Part shown: positions 9,101 to 19,317 of the stretch, one piece after another
Numbering within the stretch: the first letter of the stretch is position 1
How the letters are laid out: every line of letters begins with the position of its first letter
NCBI GenBank assembly: GCA_965220605.1
Contig: CBDCQM010000005.1
Location: 93,614-157,613 of the forward strand
Direction of reading: 5' to 3'
Length of the DNA stretch: 64,000 bases
Origin: Dehalococcoidia bacterium
Lineage (GTDB): Bacteria; Chloroflexota; Dehalococcoidia; Lucifugimonadales; UBA3495
Notes under the pieces: generated by a model
Database searches by the model: none
The model's input: the letters and a program-made list of their open reading frames with translations, nothing else
What the model was told of the DNA's origin: nothing
Program-made: the position numbers and the translations under genes

Positions 9101-9811
9101 ATGACTGAACTGCTGTTTCACGACCACAGCTATCTGCGAGAGTTCGATGCCAACGTCACCGCCGTAGCGGATGCCGGGGTCGAACTCGACCGTACTGCCT
9201 TCTACATCGGGGGCGGCGGGCAGCCCAGCGACCTCGGTGTCCTGAGCGTCGACGGGCGCGACTATGTAGTCACCGGCGTCAAGCGGGACGGCGGGATGCT
9301 CTTGCACCTGATTGATGGCGACCATCCCGCGATGGGCAGCAAGGTCTCCGGCCGTATCGACTGGGAACGCCGCTACCGGCTGATGCGTACCCACACCGCC
9401 CTCCACATCCTGTGCGGAGTCGTGTGGCGCGACTACGGCGCGCTGGTAACCGGGGGCAACATGCAGCCCGGCGAGGCCAGGATGGATTTCGAGCTGGAGC
9501 GAATGTCGGCCGACTTTGCCGAGGAGGTCGAGGCCAAAGTAAACGAGGAAGTCGCCGCCTCCCGCAGCGTGCTGGCCGCAAACCTGCCCCGGGAAGAGGC
9601 GGAGCAGATTCCCGACCTCATTCGCACCAAGATCAACCTCCTCCCTGCCAACATCCGCGAGGTGCGCACCATCGATATTCAGGGTCTCGATGTCCAGGCC
9701 GATGGCGGCACCCACGTCGACAACACTACCGAGGTGGGCCGCATCCGCGTGGTAGGCCACGAGAGCAAAGGCCGAATCAACAAGCGCCTGCGCATCGCCC
9801 TGGACGACTAG
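9101..9811 (+). CDS. alaX: alanyl-tRNA editing protein (AlaX-M-like, threonyl/alanyl-tRNA synthetase SAD domain)
   Basis: The motifs HTALHIL and GGTH are present. GGAG precedes the ATG at 9101. Confidence 0.8.
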   Translation: MTELLFHDHSYLREFDANVTAVADAGVELDRTAFYIGGGGQPSDLGVLSVDGRDYVVTGVKRDGGMLLHLIDGDHPAMGSKVSGRIDWERRYRLMRTHTALHILCGVVWRDYGALVTGGNMQPGEARMDFELERMSADFAEEVEAKVNEEVAASRSVLAANLPREEAEQIPDLIRTKINLLPANIREVRTIDIQGLDVQADGGTHVDNTTEVGRIRVVGHESKGRINKRLRIALDD

Positions 9812-9825
9812 AGAGGCCTCTGCAC

Positions 9826-11859
9826 ATGCCCCATACCGTGGTTGGAATCGACGTAGGCGGCACCTTTACCGACATAGCGGTGTTGCAGGACGGCCGCCTG
9901 GCGGTCCATAAGCTGCCCTCGACTCCCAGAAACCCCACAGAAGGCATCGTCCAGGGAGTCGGCGAGGTTGGCGTCGATATCGATTCCGCAGACTTCGTCC
10001 ACGGCTCCACCGTAGCGACCAACGCCCTGCTGGAAGGAAAGGGCGCACGAACCGCCCTAGTCACAACCATGGGCTTCGAGGACGTGCTGGAGATCGGGCG
10101 CCAAAGCCGCGCCGAACTCTATAACCTGGAGCAGGACCGCACGCCCACGCTGGCGCCGTGGGAGTTGAGGTTCGGCCTGCAGGAGCGGGTGGACTACACC
10201 GGAGCGATCCTTGATGATCTCCAGCCCGACGCCATCGAAGCCTTGATGGCCCTGATCGCCGACTCCGGGGTTGACGCCGTGGCGGTGTCCTTCCTTTTCT
10301 CGTTCCTGAATCCGGTGCACGAGGAAATGGTCAACGACGCCCTGCGACGGCTTGATCCCGCGCCGTTCATTTCGCTGTCCTCCCGCGTCCTGCCCGAGTT
10401 CCGCGAGTACGAGCGCACCAGTACCGTGATTGTCAACTCATACGTGGGCCAGGTGATGAGCCGGTACCTCGGCGAGCTGGAGGAGTCCCTGGGAGAGGGC
10501 CTCCGCATCATGCAGTCGTCGGGGGGGAGCATCACCGCCCGGCTCGCCGCCGAACAGCCCGTCCGCACCATACTCAGCGGTCCGGCCGGCGGGGTCGTGG
10601 GCGCCTTTCATGTGTCGGAACAAGCTGGGTATCCCGACATCATCACCCTGGACATGGGCGGCACATCCACCGATGTTTCCCTGTGCCCGGGACGTATTAA
10701 GGAGACCGGCAGTTCCAATGTGGGCGGCCATCCCATCAGCGTCCCTATGATCGAAATTCACACTGTTGGCGCGGGCGGCGGGTCCATCGCCCGGGTCGAC
10801 ACCGGCGGAGCGCTGGCCGTCGGCCCGCAGTCCGCCGGAGCGGACCCCGGACCGGCCTGCTACGGCCGGGGAGACCAGCTTACCGTCTCGGACGCCAACC
10901 TGCTCCTGGGACGACTGCGGCCGGACCACTTCCTCGGCGGGCGGCTCACCCTCGACCTGCCCCGTGCGCAGGGCCTGATGTCTTCGCTGGCGGAGTCCCT
11001 CGGCCTTGGCCAGCAGGAGGCTGCCCTCGGAATCCTGCGGGTGGTCAACGCCAACATGGAACGGGCCATCAGGGCCATTTCGCTGGAAAGGGGCCATGAC
11101 CCGCGCAGCTTCACTCTCGTGCCCTTCGGCGGAGCCGGCCCGGTACACGGATGCGATCTTGCCCAGGAACTGGGCATCCCGCGAGTACTGATCCCGGCCA
11201 GGCCCGGCATCCTGTCGGCCCTCGGGGTGGCCATCGCCGATGTGGTCAAGGACTATTCGCGCACCGTCATGCTGCGCCCCGACGCCCTTCGACAGGCTCA
11301 GGGCGGGCTTGTCGAATCCCTGGAGGAAGAGTTCCACGGCATGGAGGGCCTGGCCCGCGCAGAAATGGTGGAGGAAGGGCTGCCCGCCGAACGGATGACG
11401 GCCCGGCGCTTCTTGGACGTACGTTACGTCGGCCAGTCTTTCGAGCTGACGGTCGATTACCCCACGTCCCGCGCTTCCAGGTCATCCGAGGGTCTTGCCC
11501 GGGCCATCTCCGACAGCTTCTATCGCGCCCACCTGCAGCGGTTCGGCTACGCCGACCGGGGCGAGCCGGTGGAGATCGTCAACCTGCGCCTCAAGCTCGA
11601 CCTGCCGGTGGACAAGCCGGAGTTGCCTCCCATGCAGGCCGGCGACGCCGACGCTTCCGGTGCCCGAATCGCCAACGTAAGCGTCGTCTTCAGGCAGGGA
11701 GAACTTGAAACTTCCCTCTACCAGCGCGACCTGCTTGCGACCGGCAACCGCATCTCCGGCCCGGCCTTGGTCGTGCAACTCGACACCACCACCGTCATCC
11801 CGCCCGGATGGCAGGGAGAGGTCGACTCCTACGGCAACCTGCTCCTCACGACAGCATAG
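9826..11859 (+). CDS. hyuA: hydantoinase/oxoprolinase family protein, A subunit
   Basis: MPHTVVGIDVGGTFTDIAVL... The 815-aa track ORF starts too early and overlaps alaX. The ATG at 9826 gives the canonical N-terminus. Confidence 0.9.
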   Translation: MPHTVVGIDVGGTFTDIAVLQDGRLAVHKLPSTPRNPTEGIVQGVGEVGVDIDSADFVHGSTVATNALLEGKGARTALVTTMGFEDVLEIGRQSRAELYNLEQDRTPTLAPWELRFGLQERVDYTGAILDDLQPDAIEALMALIADSGVDAVAVSFLFSFLNPVHEEMVNDALRRLDPAPFISLSSRVLPEFREYERTSTVIVNSYVGQVMSRYLGELEESLGEGLRIMQSSGGSITARLAAEQPVRTILSGPAGGVVGAFHVSEQAGYPDIITLDMGGTSTDVSLCPGRIKETGSSNVGGHPISVPMIEIHTVGAGGGSIARVDTGGALAVGPQSAGADPGPACYGRGDQLTVSDANLLLGRLRPDHFLGGRLTLDLPRAQGLMSSLAESLGLGQQEAALGILRVVNANMERAIRAISLERGHDPRSFTLVPFGGAGPVHGCDLAQELGIPRVLIPARPGILSALGVAIADVVKDYSRTVMLRPDALRQAQGGLVESLEEEFHGMEGLARAEMVEEGLPAERMTARRFLDVRYVGQSFELTVDYPTSRASRSSEGLARAISDSFYRAHLQRFGYADRGEPVEIVNLRLKLDLPVDKPELPPMQAGDADASGARIANVSVVFRQGELETSLYQRDLLATGNRISGPALVVQLDTTTVIPPGWQGEVDSYGNLLLTTA

Positions 11860-11869
11860 GGGGCAAGAC

Positions 11870-12070
11870 ATGGACCTCAGCTACTACGCCAAGACAGACT
11901 CCCTTTACATCAGTGTCGCCAAGGGAATCAGCGCAGACTGCGTGGAAATCTTCGACGGGGTGATGCTGGACTTCGACGCCACCGGAAAGCTGGTGGGCAT
12001 TGACATTGACCGAGTTGGCTCTCTGCCGCTGGAACTGGAGATCCCGGACCACCTGCCACGCAAGTCCTGA
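11870..12070 (+). CDS. DUF2283 domain-containing protein
   Basis: MDLSYYAKTDSLYISVAKG...GVMLDFDATGKLVGIDIDRVG; 66 aa. Confidence 0.65.
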   Translation: MDLSYYAKTDSLYISVAKGISADCVEIFDGVMLDFDATGKLVGIDIDRVGSLPLELEIPDHLPRKS

Positions 12071-12090
12071 TATCGAGCGAGTGCACCAAG

Positions 12091-12921
12091 TTGACCGACC
12101 AAAGTCCCGCGTCTTCTACACGACTCTCGGTTCTCGCAGTCTTCGCCCACCCCGACGACGAGGGGTTCGGCTGCGGCGGCACCCTGGCCGCACTGGTCGC
12201 CGGGGGACACCGGGTGACCCTGATCTGCGCCACCAACGGCGATGTCGGCGAGATCAGTGATCCGGCGCTGGCAACCCCCGAAACGCTGCCCTCGGTCCGC
12301 CAGGGCGAACTTCGCGCCGCCATGGACCTGACCGGAATCCAGGATGTGAGATTCCTGAACTATCGCGACTCCGGTATGGAGGGCTGGGAGGACAACGACC
12401 ATCCCCGCAGCCTGTTCCGGGCCCCCGCGGAAACGGTCGTGGACCAGGTGGCAAGGGTTGTCCGCGAGGTGCGCCCCGACGTAGTCATCACCCACGATCC
12501 CACCGGCGGATACGGGCATCCCGACCATGTGACCATCTGCCGCCGCACCGAGGCCGCCGTGAAACTGTGCCGCGTCAACGGCAATCCGCTGCTGTACTAC
12601 GTCTGCTTCCCGCGCAGCCTGTTCCAGAGCATGTGGAACAAGATGGTTGAGCTGGACCTCAGGCCACCCTTCTCCGCCGACGATACAGAGGCTCTGGGCA
12701 CTCCCGACGAAGAGGCAACCACGGTGCTCGATGTCGGCAGATTCGTTGCCCTCAAGAAAGAGTCCCTGGAACGCCATCGGACCCAGATAGAGCGGGACGG
12801 CCCGTTTACCAAGCTGCCCGAGGACTACATGCACGAGGTTATGTCCAGGGAGTTTTTCCAGTTGGTACAGTCGGAGGGCGCCGGGACCCGCGACATACTT
12901 GCCGAAGCTTTGGAAAACTGA
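12091..12921 (+). CDS. PIG-L (LmbE-like) family deacetylase
   Basis: VFAHPDDEGFGCGGTLA...HDPTGGYGHPDH metal-binding motifs; TTG start. Confidence 0.8.
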   Translation: MTDQSPASSTRLSVLAVFAHPDDEGFGCGGTLAALVAGGHRVTLICATNGDVGEISDPALATPETLPSVRQGELRAAMDLTGIQDVRFLNYRDSGMEGWEDNDHPRSLFRAPAETVVDQVARVVREVRPDVVITHDPTGGYGHPDHVTICRRTEAAVKLCRVNGNPLLYYVCFPRSLFQSMWNKMVELDLRPPFSADDTEALGTPDEEATTVLDVGRFVALKKESLERHRTQIERDGPFTKLPEDYMHEVMSREFFQLVQSEGAGTRDILAEALEN

Positions 12922-12952
12922 ACGCGGCCAGGAAACTACACGAGGTACGAAT

Positions 12953-14557
12953 ATGCCCGTAGACCCGGTCAGCCTGGAAGTCTTCAAGAACATGTTCGAG
13001 TCGGTGGCGGAGGAGATGGGCGTCGCCCTTCAGCGGACCTCGTATTCCCCCAACATCAAGGAGCGCCGCGACTTCTCCTGCGCCGTGTTCGACCCCGAAG
13101 GCAACATGATAGCCCAGGCGGCCCATGTGCCGGTGCATCTTGGGGCCATGCCCGCCTCGGTCCGTGCGGCCCTCGAGGTGTTTCCCAACGAGCTCCGTCC
13201 CGGCGACATCGTCATCCTGAACGACCCTTATCTCGGCGGAACGCACCTGCCCGACATCACGATGGTCGCCCCCGTCTACGCCGGGGCGAAAGGGAGCCAG
13301 CGGCTGGCTGCCTTCGTTTCCGCTCGCGGGCATCACGCCGATGTCGGCGGCATGACTCCTGGCTCGCTGCCCCTGTCCACGGAGCTGTACCAGGAGGGCA
13401 CCATCATCCCGCCCATCAAGCTGGCCCGGGGAGGCAGGCTGAACCACGACGTGATCCAGCTCATCTGCCGCAACTCCCGCACTCCCGACGAGCGCAAGGG
13501 CGACCTGGCGGCCCAGACGGCCTCCATCCGGGTCGGCGAACAGCGGATGCGCGAGCTATTCGAGCGCTATGGGGTCGAGGAGACCGCCGAGCACATGGCG
13601 GCCCTGCTGGACTACTCGGAGCGCGTAACCCGCCAGACCATCCAGGACATCCCCGACGGCACATACAGCGTCCTTGACTACATGGATGACGATGGCCTCA
13701 CCCAGGAGCCGGTTCCCATCGCAGTCACCATCACCGTGTCCGGCGACGAGATGGATATCGACTTCACCGGCACTTCACCCCAGCGACCAGGCTGCATCAA
13801 CGCTCCGGAGGCTGTGACGGTCTCGGCCTGCCTGTACGTCGTACGCTGCCTGTTGCACGAGCAGGCGCCCGCCAACCAGGGATGCCTGCGCCCGCTGCGA
13901 ATCCACGCTCCTGAGGGTACGCTGGTCAACCCCCTGCCGCAGCGTGGGGTAGCCGGCGGCAACGTGGAGACCTCCCAGCGCATCACCGACGTGCTCTTCG
14001 GCGCACTGGCCCAGGCTCTGCCCCGGGTGGTGCCGGCAGCCAGCCAGGGCACCATGAACAACATGATCATCGGCGGTCACGACCCGGTGCGCGAAAAACC
14101 CTATGTCTATTACGAGACTATCGCCGGCGGGATGGGCGCGCGGCCCGACAAGGACGGCATATCGGGCATCCAGACCCATATGACCAACACGATGAACACT
14201 CCAATCGAGGCGATGGAGTTCGCTTTCCCGCTGCGACTTCGCCGCTATGCCTTGCGCCGCGGCTCCGGCGGCGACGGCCAGTACCGCGGCGGCGACGGCG
14301 TGGTGCGCGAGGTCGAGTTCCTCGCCCCGGCAAGGGTCACCCTCATGTCGGAGCGTCGGCGGCGCCCGCCGCCCGGATACCACGGCGGACACCACGGCGA
14401 GCCCGGCGAGAACGTGCTGCTTCGCGGCGGCGTGGAAGAGGTCCAGTTGGCCGGCAAGGAACTGATCGATGTAGAGGCCGGTGATGTGCTGAGCGTCCGC
14501 ACCCCCGGCGCCGGTGGCTGGGGCCCGCCGGAGCACCGCCACGGTCACCAGCATTGA
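12953..14557 (+). CDS. hyuB: hydantoinase B/oxoprolinase family protein
   Basis: [23 protein letters not shown]...[16 protein letters not shown]... is the typical HyuB N-terminus. Confidence 0.9.
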   Translation: MPVDPVSLEVFKNMFESVAEEMGVALQRTSYSPNIKERRDFSCAVFDPEGNMIAQAAHVPVHLGAMPASVRAALEVFPNELRPGDIVILNDPYLGGTHLPDITMVAPVYAGAKGSQRLAAFVSARGHHADVGGMTPGSLPLSTELYQEGTIIPPIKLARGGRLNHDVIQLICRNSRTPDERKGDLAAQTASIRVGEQRMRELFERYGVEETAEHMAALLDYSERVTRQTIQDIPDGTYSVLDYMDDDGLTQEPVPIAVTITVSGDEMDIDFTGTSPQRPGCINAPEAVTVSACLYVVRCLLHEQAPANQGCLRPLRIHAPEGTLVNPLPQRGVAGGNVETSQRITDVLFGALAQALPRVVPAASQGTMNNMIIGGHDPVREKPYVYYETIAGGMGARPDKDGISGIQTHMTNTMNTPIEAMEFAFPLRLRRYALRRGSGGDGQYRGGDGVVREVEFLAPARVTLMSERRRRPPPGYHGGHHGEPGENVLLRGGVEEVQLAGKELIDVEAGDVLSVRTPGAGGWGPPEHRHGHQH

Positions 14558-15045
14558 CCGCTTCCCGGATCGTGGTCTCGGCGCTCGCGTCGTCTCTCCT
14601 TGTATGCCTGCTGCTCATCGCCTGCGGCTCCGATATCTCCGGGGAACCCCGCGACCTTCTCATGGCTCCGTCCGACTTTCCCGGCGGCGGGGTTACCGTT
14701 ATTTCTCTTTCAGAGGAGCAGTCCCTCGACGGACCATCGGCGCAGGTGGAGTTGCAGGGGCCTGACTTCCGGGTGGTGCAGAGCCTGATCCTCTACGAGA
14801 ACTGGGAGATGTCGCTGGCCGCCCTCGACGGTATCCGGGCCGACCTAGTGAACCAGGGACAGACGGATCCCGGCGGCGTGGAGACGACCGGCGTCTTCCA
14901 GCACATGCTGGGAACGGACGAGGCCGTCAGCGTGTTTTTCATTGAGGGCCGGGGCCTCGTCAGGCTCACAGCAACCGGACCCGGAATGCACGATCGTCTC
15001 GACACCCTCGGAATCCTTGCCAGAGAAAAGCTGGCAGGGGGATGA
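14554..15045 (+). CDS. putative lipoprotein, function unknown
   Basis: Signal peptide with lipobox LLLIAC-GS. The start overlaps the hyuB stop. Confidence 0.5.
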   Translation: MTASRIVVSALASSLLVCLLLIACGSDISGEPRDLLMAPSDFPGGGVTVISLSEEQSLDGPSAQVELQGPDFRVVQSLILYENWEMSLAALDGIRADLVNQGQTDPGGVETTGVFQHMLGTDEAVSVFFIEGRGLVRLTATGPGMHDRLDTLGILAREKLAGG

Positions 15046-15145
15046 ACGGCCCGGTCTTACCCGGTCCGGCCTGCGACGCCTGCGTCCCGTCGTAGCACGG
15101 GGATGTTAAGGGTATGGCGCTACCGGCACAGGACTTTTCGATGAT

Positions 15146-15178
15146 CCCCTCCCATTTGAGAGGAGGGTGGGAGTGAAA
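15146..15178 (-). repeat. REP-like family 1 copy (short variant)
   Basis: The reverse complement reads tttcactcccaccctcctctcaaatgggagggg, with a CCCTCC/GGAGGG hairpin. Confidence 0.5.
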
Positions 15179-15302
15179 TTCTCGCAGGAGCCGACGCATT
15201 TCACTACTGCGTAAGTCCCGCCAAAAATCAAGGGAACCCGACTAAACGAGAGGTCGAGTTCCCCGGATGGAGTGCTGGCCGGAGCAGGCAACGTCCAGCG
15301 GC

Positions 15303-15647
15303 CTAGCTGCCGTCGTCGAAGCTCACGATCACCACGGCGTTCGCAATAACTAGAGCGTCGTCTCCCTGTTCATTGGGGACCTCCAGCCCTCCAGCCACTG
15401 CCTCGCAGTAGCCCGTTCCGTGGGGCAGCACCGACAGGACGGCATCCTTGTCCACTGCACCGGGATTCGGCACGCCGATGGTGACGTCCACTCGCATGTC
15501 GTCGGCGGTCTTGCCCAGCATCCTCTGGAAGCCCAGACTGCTGTGGTGGATCGCGTCAAAAACGGCTCGCTGGGCGGCAGTGGTGTAGTCCCGTCCGTGA
15601 ACGTCTACGCCCATTCCCATTTCGGTAACGCAGCGCACTAGCGCCAT
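15303..15647 (-). CDS. Lin0512 family protein
   Basis: VTEMGMGVDVHGRDYTTAAQRAVFDAIHHSSL matches the Lin0512_fam pattern as I recall it. Confidence 0.6.
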   Translation of the reverse strand: MALVRCVTEMGMGVDVHGRDYTTAAQRAVFDAIHHSSLGFQRMLGKTADDMRVDVTIGVPNPGAVDKDAVLSVLPHGTGYCEAVAGGLEVPNEQGDDALVIANAVVIVSFDDGS

Positions 15648-15831
15648 GTCAAACCTCCGCAGGCAAATTCCTGCCGCCCATTACAACCTAGCCAACCCCC
15701 GCCGTCAAGACAGCGCAGAGAGAGCCTTCCGGTAAAGCTCAACTGTACAAACGTGGCTTTCGCGGTTAGATTGTAGCCCGTTACCGCTTCGCCCGATCAG
15801 CAGCGGCACCCATGCCGATTACAAGCAGCCA

Positions 15832-16647
15832 ATGCCCGGTCACCTCAAGCACATTGCCCTGCGAACCCTGTTTCCTGCGGCCCTGGTGGTCATGCTTGGC
15901 CTGTCCACGGGGTGCGGCAGTGACGACGGCGGGAAAGTCATCACCGTATTCGCCGCCGCTTCGCTCACGGACGCATTTGGCGATATATCGAGAGACTTTG
16001 AGTCTCAAAACCCGGGCGTCAGCGTAAGATTGAACTTCGCCGGCAGCCAACGCCTGCGGTCGCAACTCGAACTCGGCGCCGGGGCGGACGTGTTTGCGCC
16101 GGCCGATGAAATGCAGATTGCGCTGGCCGGGGAAGCAGGTCTGATCGAGGGAGAAACGAGGACAATTGCGACTGCCGGGATGGCCATAATAGCGGCGGAG
16201 CGGTCCGGCCTCCTGACCCTGGCCGACTTGGCAACCCCCGGAGTGAAGCTGGTGCTGGCCCACGAAAGCGTCCCTGCCGGACAGTATTCGAGAAGACTCC
16301 TGATACGGCTTTCGGAGGGGAATTCCGAGTTGGGTCACGACTTTGCGAATCGTGTCCTGGAGAACGTGGTTTCAGCAGAGACCAGCGTGAAGGCCGTGGA
16401 GCAGAAAGTGGCTCTCGGGGAGGCCGATGCCGGAATCGTCTACCGTCCCGGGGCACTGTCTGCCATGAGCGCCGGTCAGGTAACGGAGCTCTCTCTACCG
16501 CCGCCGGCGGACGAAGTCAGGGCGCTGTATCCCATCGGCGTGGTGAAATCTTCCGGCAACCGCGAACTTGCAGAGATGTTCATCCGGTTCGTTCTATCCG
16601 CCAGCGGCCAGGCAACGCTCGCCTCCTACGGGTTCGGGCCACCGTGA
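15832..16647 (+). CDS. modA: molybdate ABC transporter substrate-binding lipoprotein
   Basis: Lipobox LSTGC; ITVFAAASLTDAF...NFAGSQ.L..Q...GA.ADVF. Confidence 0.9.
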   Translation: MPGHLKHIALRTLFPAALVVMLGLSTGCGSDDGGKVITVFAAASLTDAFGDISRDFESQNPGVSVRLNFAGSQRLRSQLELGAGADVFAPADEMQIALAGEAGLIEGETRTIATAGMAIIAAERSGLLTLADLATPGVKLVLAHESVPAGQYSRRLLIRLSEGNSELGHDFANRVLENVVSAETSVKAVEQKVALGEADAGIVYRPGALSAMSAGQVTELSLPPPADEVRALYPIGVVKSSGNRELAEMFIRFVLSASGQATLASYGFGPP

Positions 16648-16677
16648 ATCACTCACCAACCGGGCTCTGCGGCGCCA

Positions 16678-17502
16678 GTGTCCTGGCTTAGTCGGGCCAA
16701 GCCGGGAACCCAGGGAACTCTCCTTGGGAGTGCTGCCGGCCTGCTTTACGTGCTGTTCATCGGTCTGCCGGTGATCGCTCTCTTGGTGCGGGCCTTTCAG
16801 CAGGAAGACCTCTGGAGTGCGGTCACCGGAGACCTGGCCCTCACCGCGCTGCGGCTGTCAATTGTCACCAGCGTTGTGAGCATAGCCGTGGTCGTCGTGG
16901 GAGGAACGCCCTTCGCATACCTGCTGGCGCGGAGCGACCACTGGGCAGCCCGGCTGGTCGACAGCCTGGTGGAGCTTCCGATAGTGCTGCCGCCGGTAGT
17001 GGCCGGGGTTGCCATGCTGATGGCCTTCGGGCGCAGCGGCATAATAGGCGGCTGGCTGGAGAATTCCGGAATCGACATATCATTCACCACGACTGCCGTG
17101 ATATTTGCCCAGATCTTCGTTGCCGCCCCTTTCTACGTACGCTCCGCCAGGCTGGGGTTCCAGTCCGTAGCCCGCGACTACGAGGATGTTTCCCAGACCC
17201 TCGGCGTCTCGCCGCTACTGACCTTCTGGCGCATAACGATTCCCCTGGCGGCCCCCGCCCTCATCACGGGGCTGGGACTGTCCTGGGCCAGGGCGCTATC
17301 GGAGTTCGGCGCGACTATGATGTTTGCAGGCAACCTGATGGGTGAGACCCAGACCATGCCGCTGGCCATCATGACCGCCATGGAGACGAGCCGCGGTCTG
17401 GACAGTGCCCTGGCCCTCTCCGCGCTGCTGCTGGTCGTTTCGGTCATTGCGCTCGTGGCCCTCGCCTTTGCGTCAAGGCGTCGCTGGAGCGGCAGGCTAT
17501 GA
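16678..17502 (+). CDS. modB: molybdate ABC transporter permease
   Basis: Contains the EAA-loop-like motif ARALSEFGATMMFAGN. Operon position between modA and modC. Confidence 0.9.
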   Translation: MSWLSRAKPGTQGTLLGSAAGLLYVLFIGLPVIALLVRAFQQEDLWSAVTGDLALTALRLSIVTSVVSIAVVVVGGTPFAYLLARSDHWAARLVDSLVELPIVLPPVVAGVAMLMAFGRSGIIGGWLENSGIDISFTTTAVIFAQIFVAAPFYVRSARLGFQSVARDYEDVSQTLGVSPLLTFWRITIPLAAPALITGLGLSWARALSEFGATMMFAGNLMGETQTMPLAIMTAMETSRGLDSALALSALLLVVSVIALVALAFASRRRWSGRL

Positions 17503-18644
17503 GCGCGCAACGAGGGACCAGCGGATGGCTGCACTGCCGCTTGGGAGCATTCGAGCTTCGGCTGGATTGGGACCTGGAGCCAGGCAGCACGCTAGTCCTG
17601 TTCGGGCCGTCCGGCTCGGGAAAGACCACCGCACTAAGGTCGATGGCTGGTCTCCTCCGGCCCCTTGAAGGCAGGGTGGACATCGGCGGACGGCCGGTTT
17701 TCGACAGCGCCTCAGGGGTTTGGGTACCGGCGCATCGCAGGCAGATTGGCTACCTGACGCAGCAGTACCATCTGTTCCCCCACCTGACCCTGGCCAGGAA
17801 TATCGCCTATGGTCTCGACGCACGTCAGGGCGGCAACCCCGGTCAGCGGGTCGAAGAGCTTCTGGATGCCTTCCGGTTGCGGGGGCTGGAGGACCGCTAC
17901 CCCTGGGAGCTGTCCGGGGGACAGCAGCAGCGGGTGGCCCTAGCCAGGGCGCTGGCCACTCAGCCCAGGCTGCTGTTGCTGGATGAGCCGTTCGCGGCCC
18001 TTGATGCCGGACTGCGGCGAACCCTGCGCCAGGAGCTGCGCACGACTCTCTCCCGCAGCCCGATACCGGTCATCCTGGTGACCCATGACCGTGAGGAGGC
18101 GCTTATCCTGGGGGACGAGGTGCAGGTCATGGAAGACGGCAACGTCGTCGCCAGAGGCGCTCCGCTGGAGGTGCTGGGACAGCCGGGGCAGGCCTCCGTT
18201 GCCAACCTGGTCGGCATAGAGAACCTGTTTCGAATGACTGTGGACTCCCGACATCCCAGGGACGGGACCATGCGTCTATCAGGAATCGGGGCCCAGGCGG
18301 GCCTTACTCTGGAAACTCCGATCGACGAATCTCCGCCTTCGACAACGGAGCGCCAGTTGGTAACCGTCGGTATCCGCGCCTCCGACATCATCCTGGCCTC
18401 CCAGGAGCCGGTCGGCTCCTCCGCCCGCAACCGCGTCCCCGGAACTGTGGCCCGGATCGAGCCCAGGCCGCCGGGCTTCACGGTGGAGTTGGACTGCGGT
18501 GTGCCCCTTCTCTGCCATGTCACCGGGGCTTCCCTCGACGAAATGTCCATTAGAGAAGGACAGCAACTGTGGGCTGTCTTTAAGGCCTCTTCGTGCTTCC
18601 TCGTAGAAGACTCAACCGGGTCCGCGCAGCAGGAGTCCGAATAG
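17499..18644 (+). CDS. modC: molybdate ABC transporter ATPase with a C-terminal TOBE/Mop domain
   Basis: Walker A GPSGSGKTT, signature LSGGQQQRVALARAL, Walker B LLLDEP. Confidence 0.9.
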   Translation: MSAQRGTSGWLHCRLGAFELRLDWDLEPGSTLVLFGPSGSGKTTALRSMAGLLRPLEGRVDIGGRPVFDSASGVWVPAHRRQIGYLTQQYHLFPHLTLARNIAYGLDARQGGNPGQRVEELLDAFRLRGLEDRYPWELSGGQQQRVALARALATQPRLLLLDEPFAALDAGLRRTLRQELRTTLSRSPIPVILVTHDREEALILGDEVQVMEDGNVVARGAPLEVLGQPGQASVANLVGIENLFRMTVDSRHPRDGTMRLSGIGAQAGLTLETPIDESPPSTTERQLVTVGIRASDIILASQEPVGSSARNRVPGTVARIEPRPPGFTVELDCGVPLLCHVTGASLDEMSIREGQQLWAVFKASSCFLVEDSTGSAQQESE

Positions 18645-18817
18645 CGCGCCCAAGGTCAGCAGCCGACTGAAACAGCGACTGAGGCCACACCTCCTTCCCG
18701 CGAGTTGAGCCTTTCGGGAGCAATTTTCACTCATAGCCACGCTTTTCCATAGATTCGGCTCAATTCAACAATTTAGTTACGAAAAACGGCAAAAATTGCG
18801 CAGATTACCAATTTTGG

Positions 18818-18845
18818 TTGCATATTATCTTTGGATAGCTATAAT
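18818..18845 (+). promoter_or_regulatory. sigma70-like promoter in an AT-rich intergenic region
   Basis: TTGCAT (18818-18823), 16 nt spacer, TATAAT (18840-18845). About 145 nt of leader precede the 18991 start. Confidence 0.5.
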
Positions 18846-18990
18846 GTTGAGATAGGCACATAGAAGGTTATCCGGGGCAGGTATTCCAGCGTTAACCGGC
18901 CAGGTTATCCGTTCCGGCAAGAGGTGGCTGGCCTGCTGGGCCGCGGACTCCACCGGCCCTGTACCTGAACGTGCTCAAGGAGGTCACCCA

Positions 18991-19317
18991 GTGGCATTGT
19001 CGGACAAGACCCTGGTATGCGTGGAGTGTGGCAGCGAGTTCATCTTCACCGTCGGGGAACAGGAATTCTTTCAGGCTCGCGGGTTTGGCAACGAACCCAA
19101 GCGCTGCCGCAGTTGCCGGGCGGTGCGCCGGACCGAACAGCGTGGCGGTGGCGGCGGCGGCGGCATGTACCAGGATGGCCCGCGTGAAATGTATCCCATC
19201 ATCTGCGCAGAGTGCGGCAACGACGCCATGGTGCCCTTCCGCCCGCGCGGCGACCGGCCGGTCTACTGTAGCGATTGCTTCAGCCGGATGCGCGCCGAGT
19301 CTTCCTCCGGCTTCTAG
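18991..19317 (+). CDS. CxxC-x17-CxxC zinc-ribbon domain protein
   Basis: CVECGSEFIFTVGEQEFFQARGFGNEPKRCRSC and CAECGNDAMVPFRPRGDRPVYCSDC are separated by a poly-Gly linker. AAGGAGG lies upstream. Confidence 0.75.
   Translation: MALSDKTLVCVECGSEFIFTVGEQEFFQARGFGNEPKRCRSCRAVRRTEQRGGGGGGGMYQDGPREMYPIICAECGNDAMVPFRPRGDRPVYCSDCFSRMRAESSSGF

Noticed and set aside
9412-11859. An 815-aa ORF that would give HyuA a 138-aa N-terminal extension overlapping alaX.
   Set aside because: The extension is Arg/Pro/Gly-rich, high-GC out-of-frame noise across the alaX coding region. The canonical MPHTVVGIDVGGTFTD start is at 9826.
15648-15831. Possible molybdenum-cofactor riboswitch upstream of modA, and similarly upstream of the cox-like operon or the MoaD-like gene.
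   Set aside because: I could not recognise the conserved Moco RNA motif elements by eye. No claim is made without a covariance-model search.
18700-18850. An AT-rich tract with nearby TTATCC half-boxes considered as a replication-origin unwinding element.
   Set aside because: There are no full DnaA boxes. The tract is 10 kb from dnaN with no dnaA. It is adequately explained as a promoter region for the zinc-ribbon gene.
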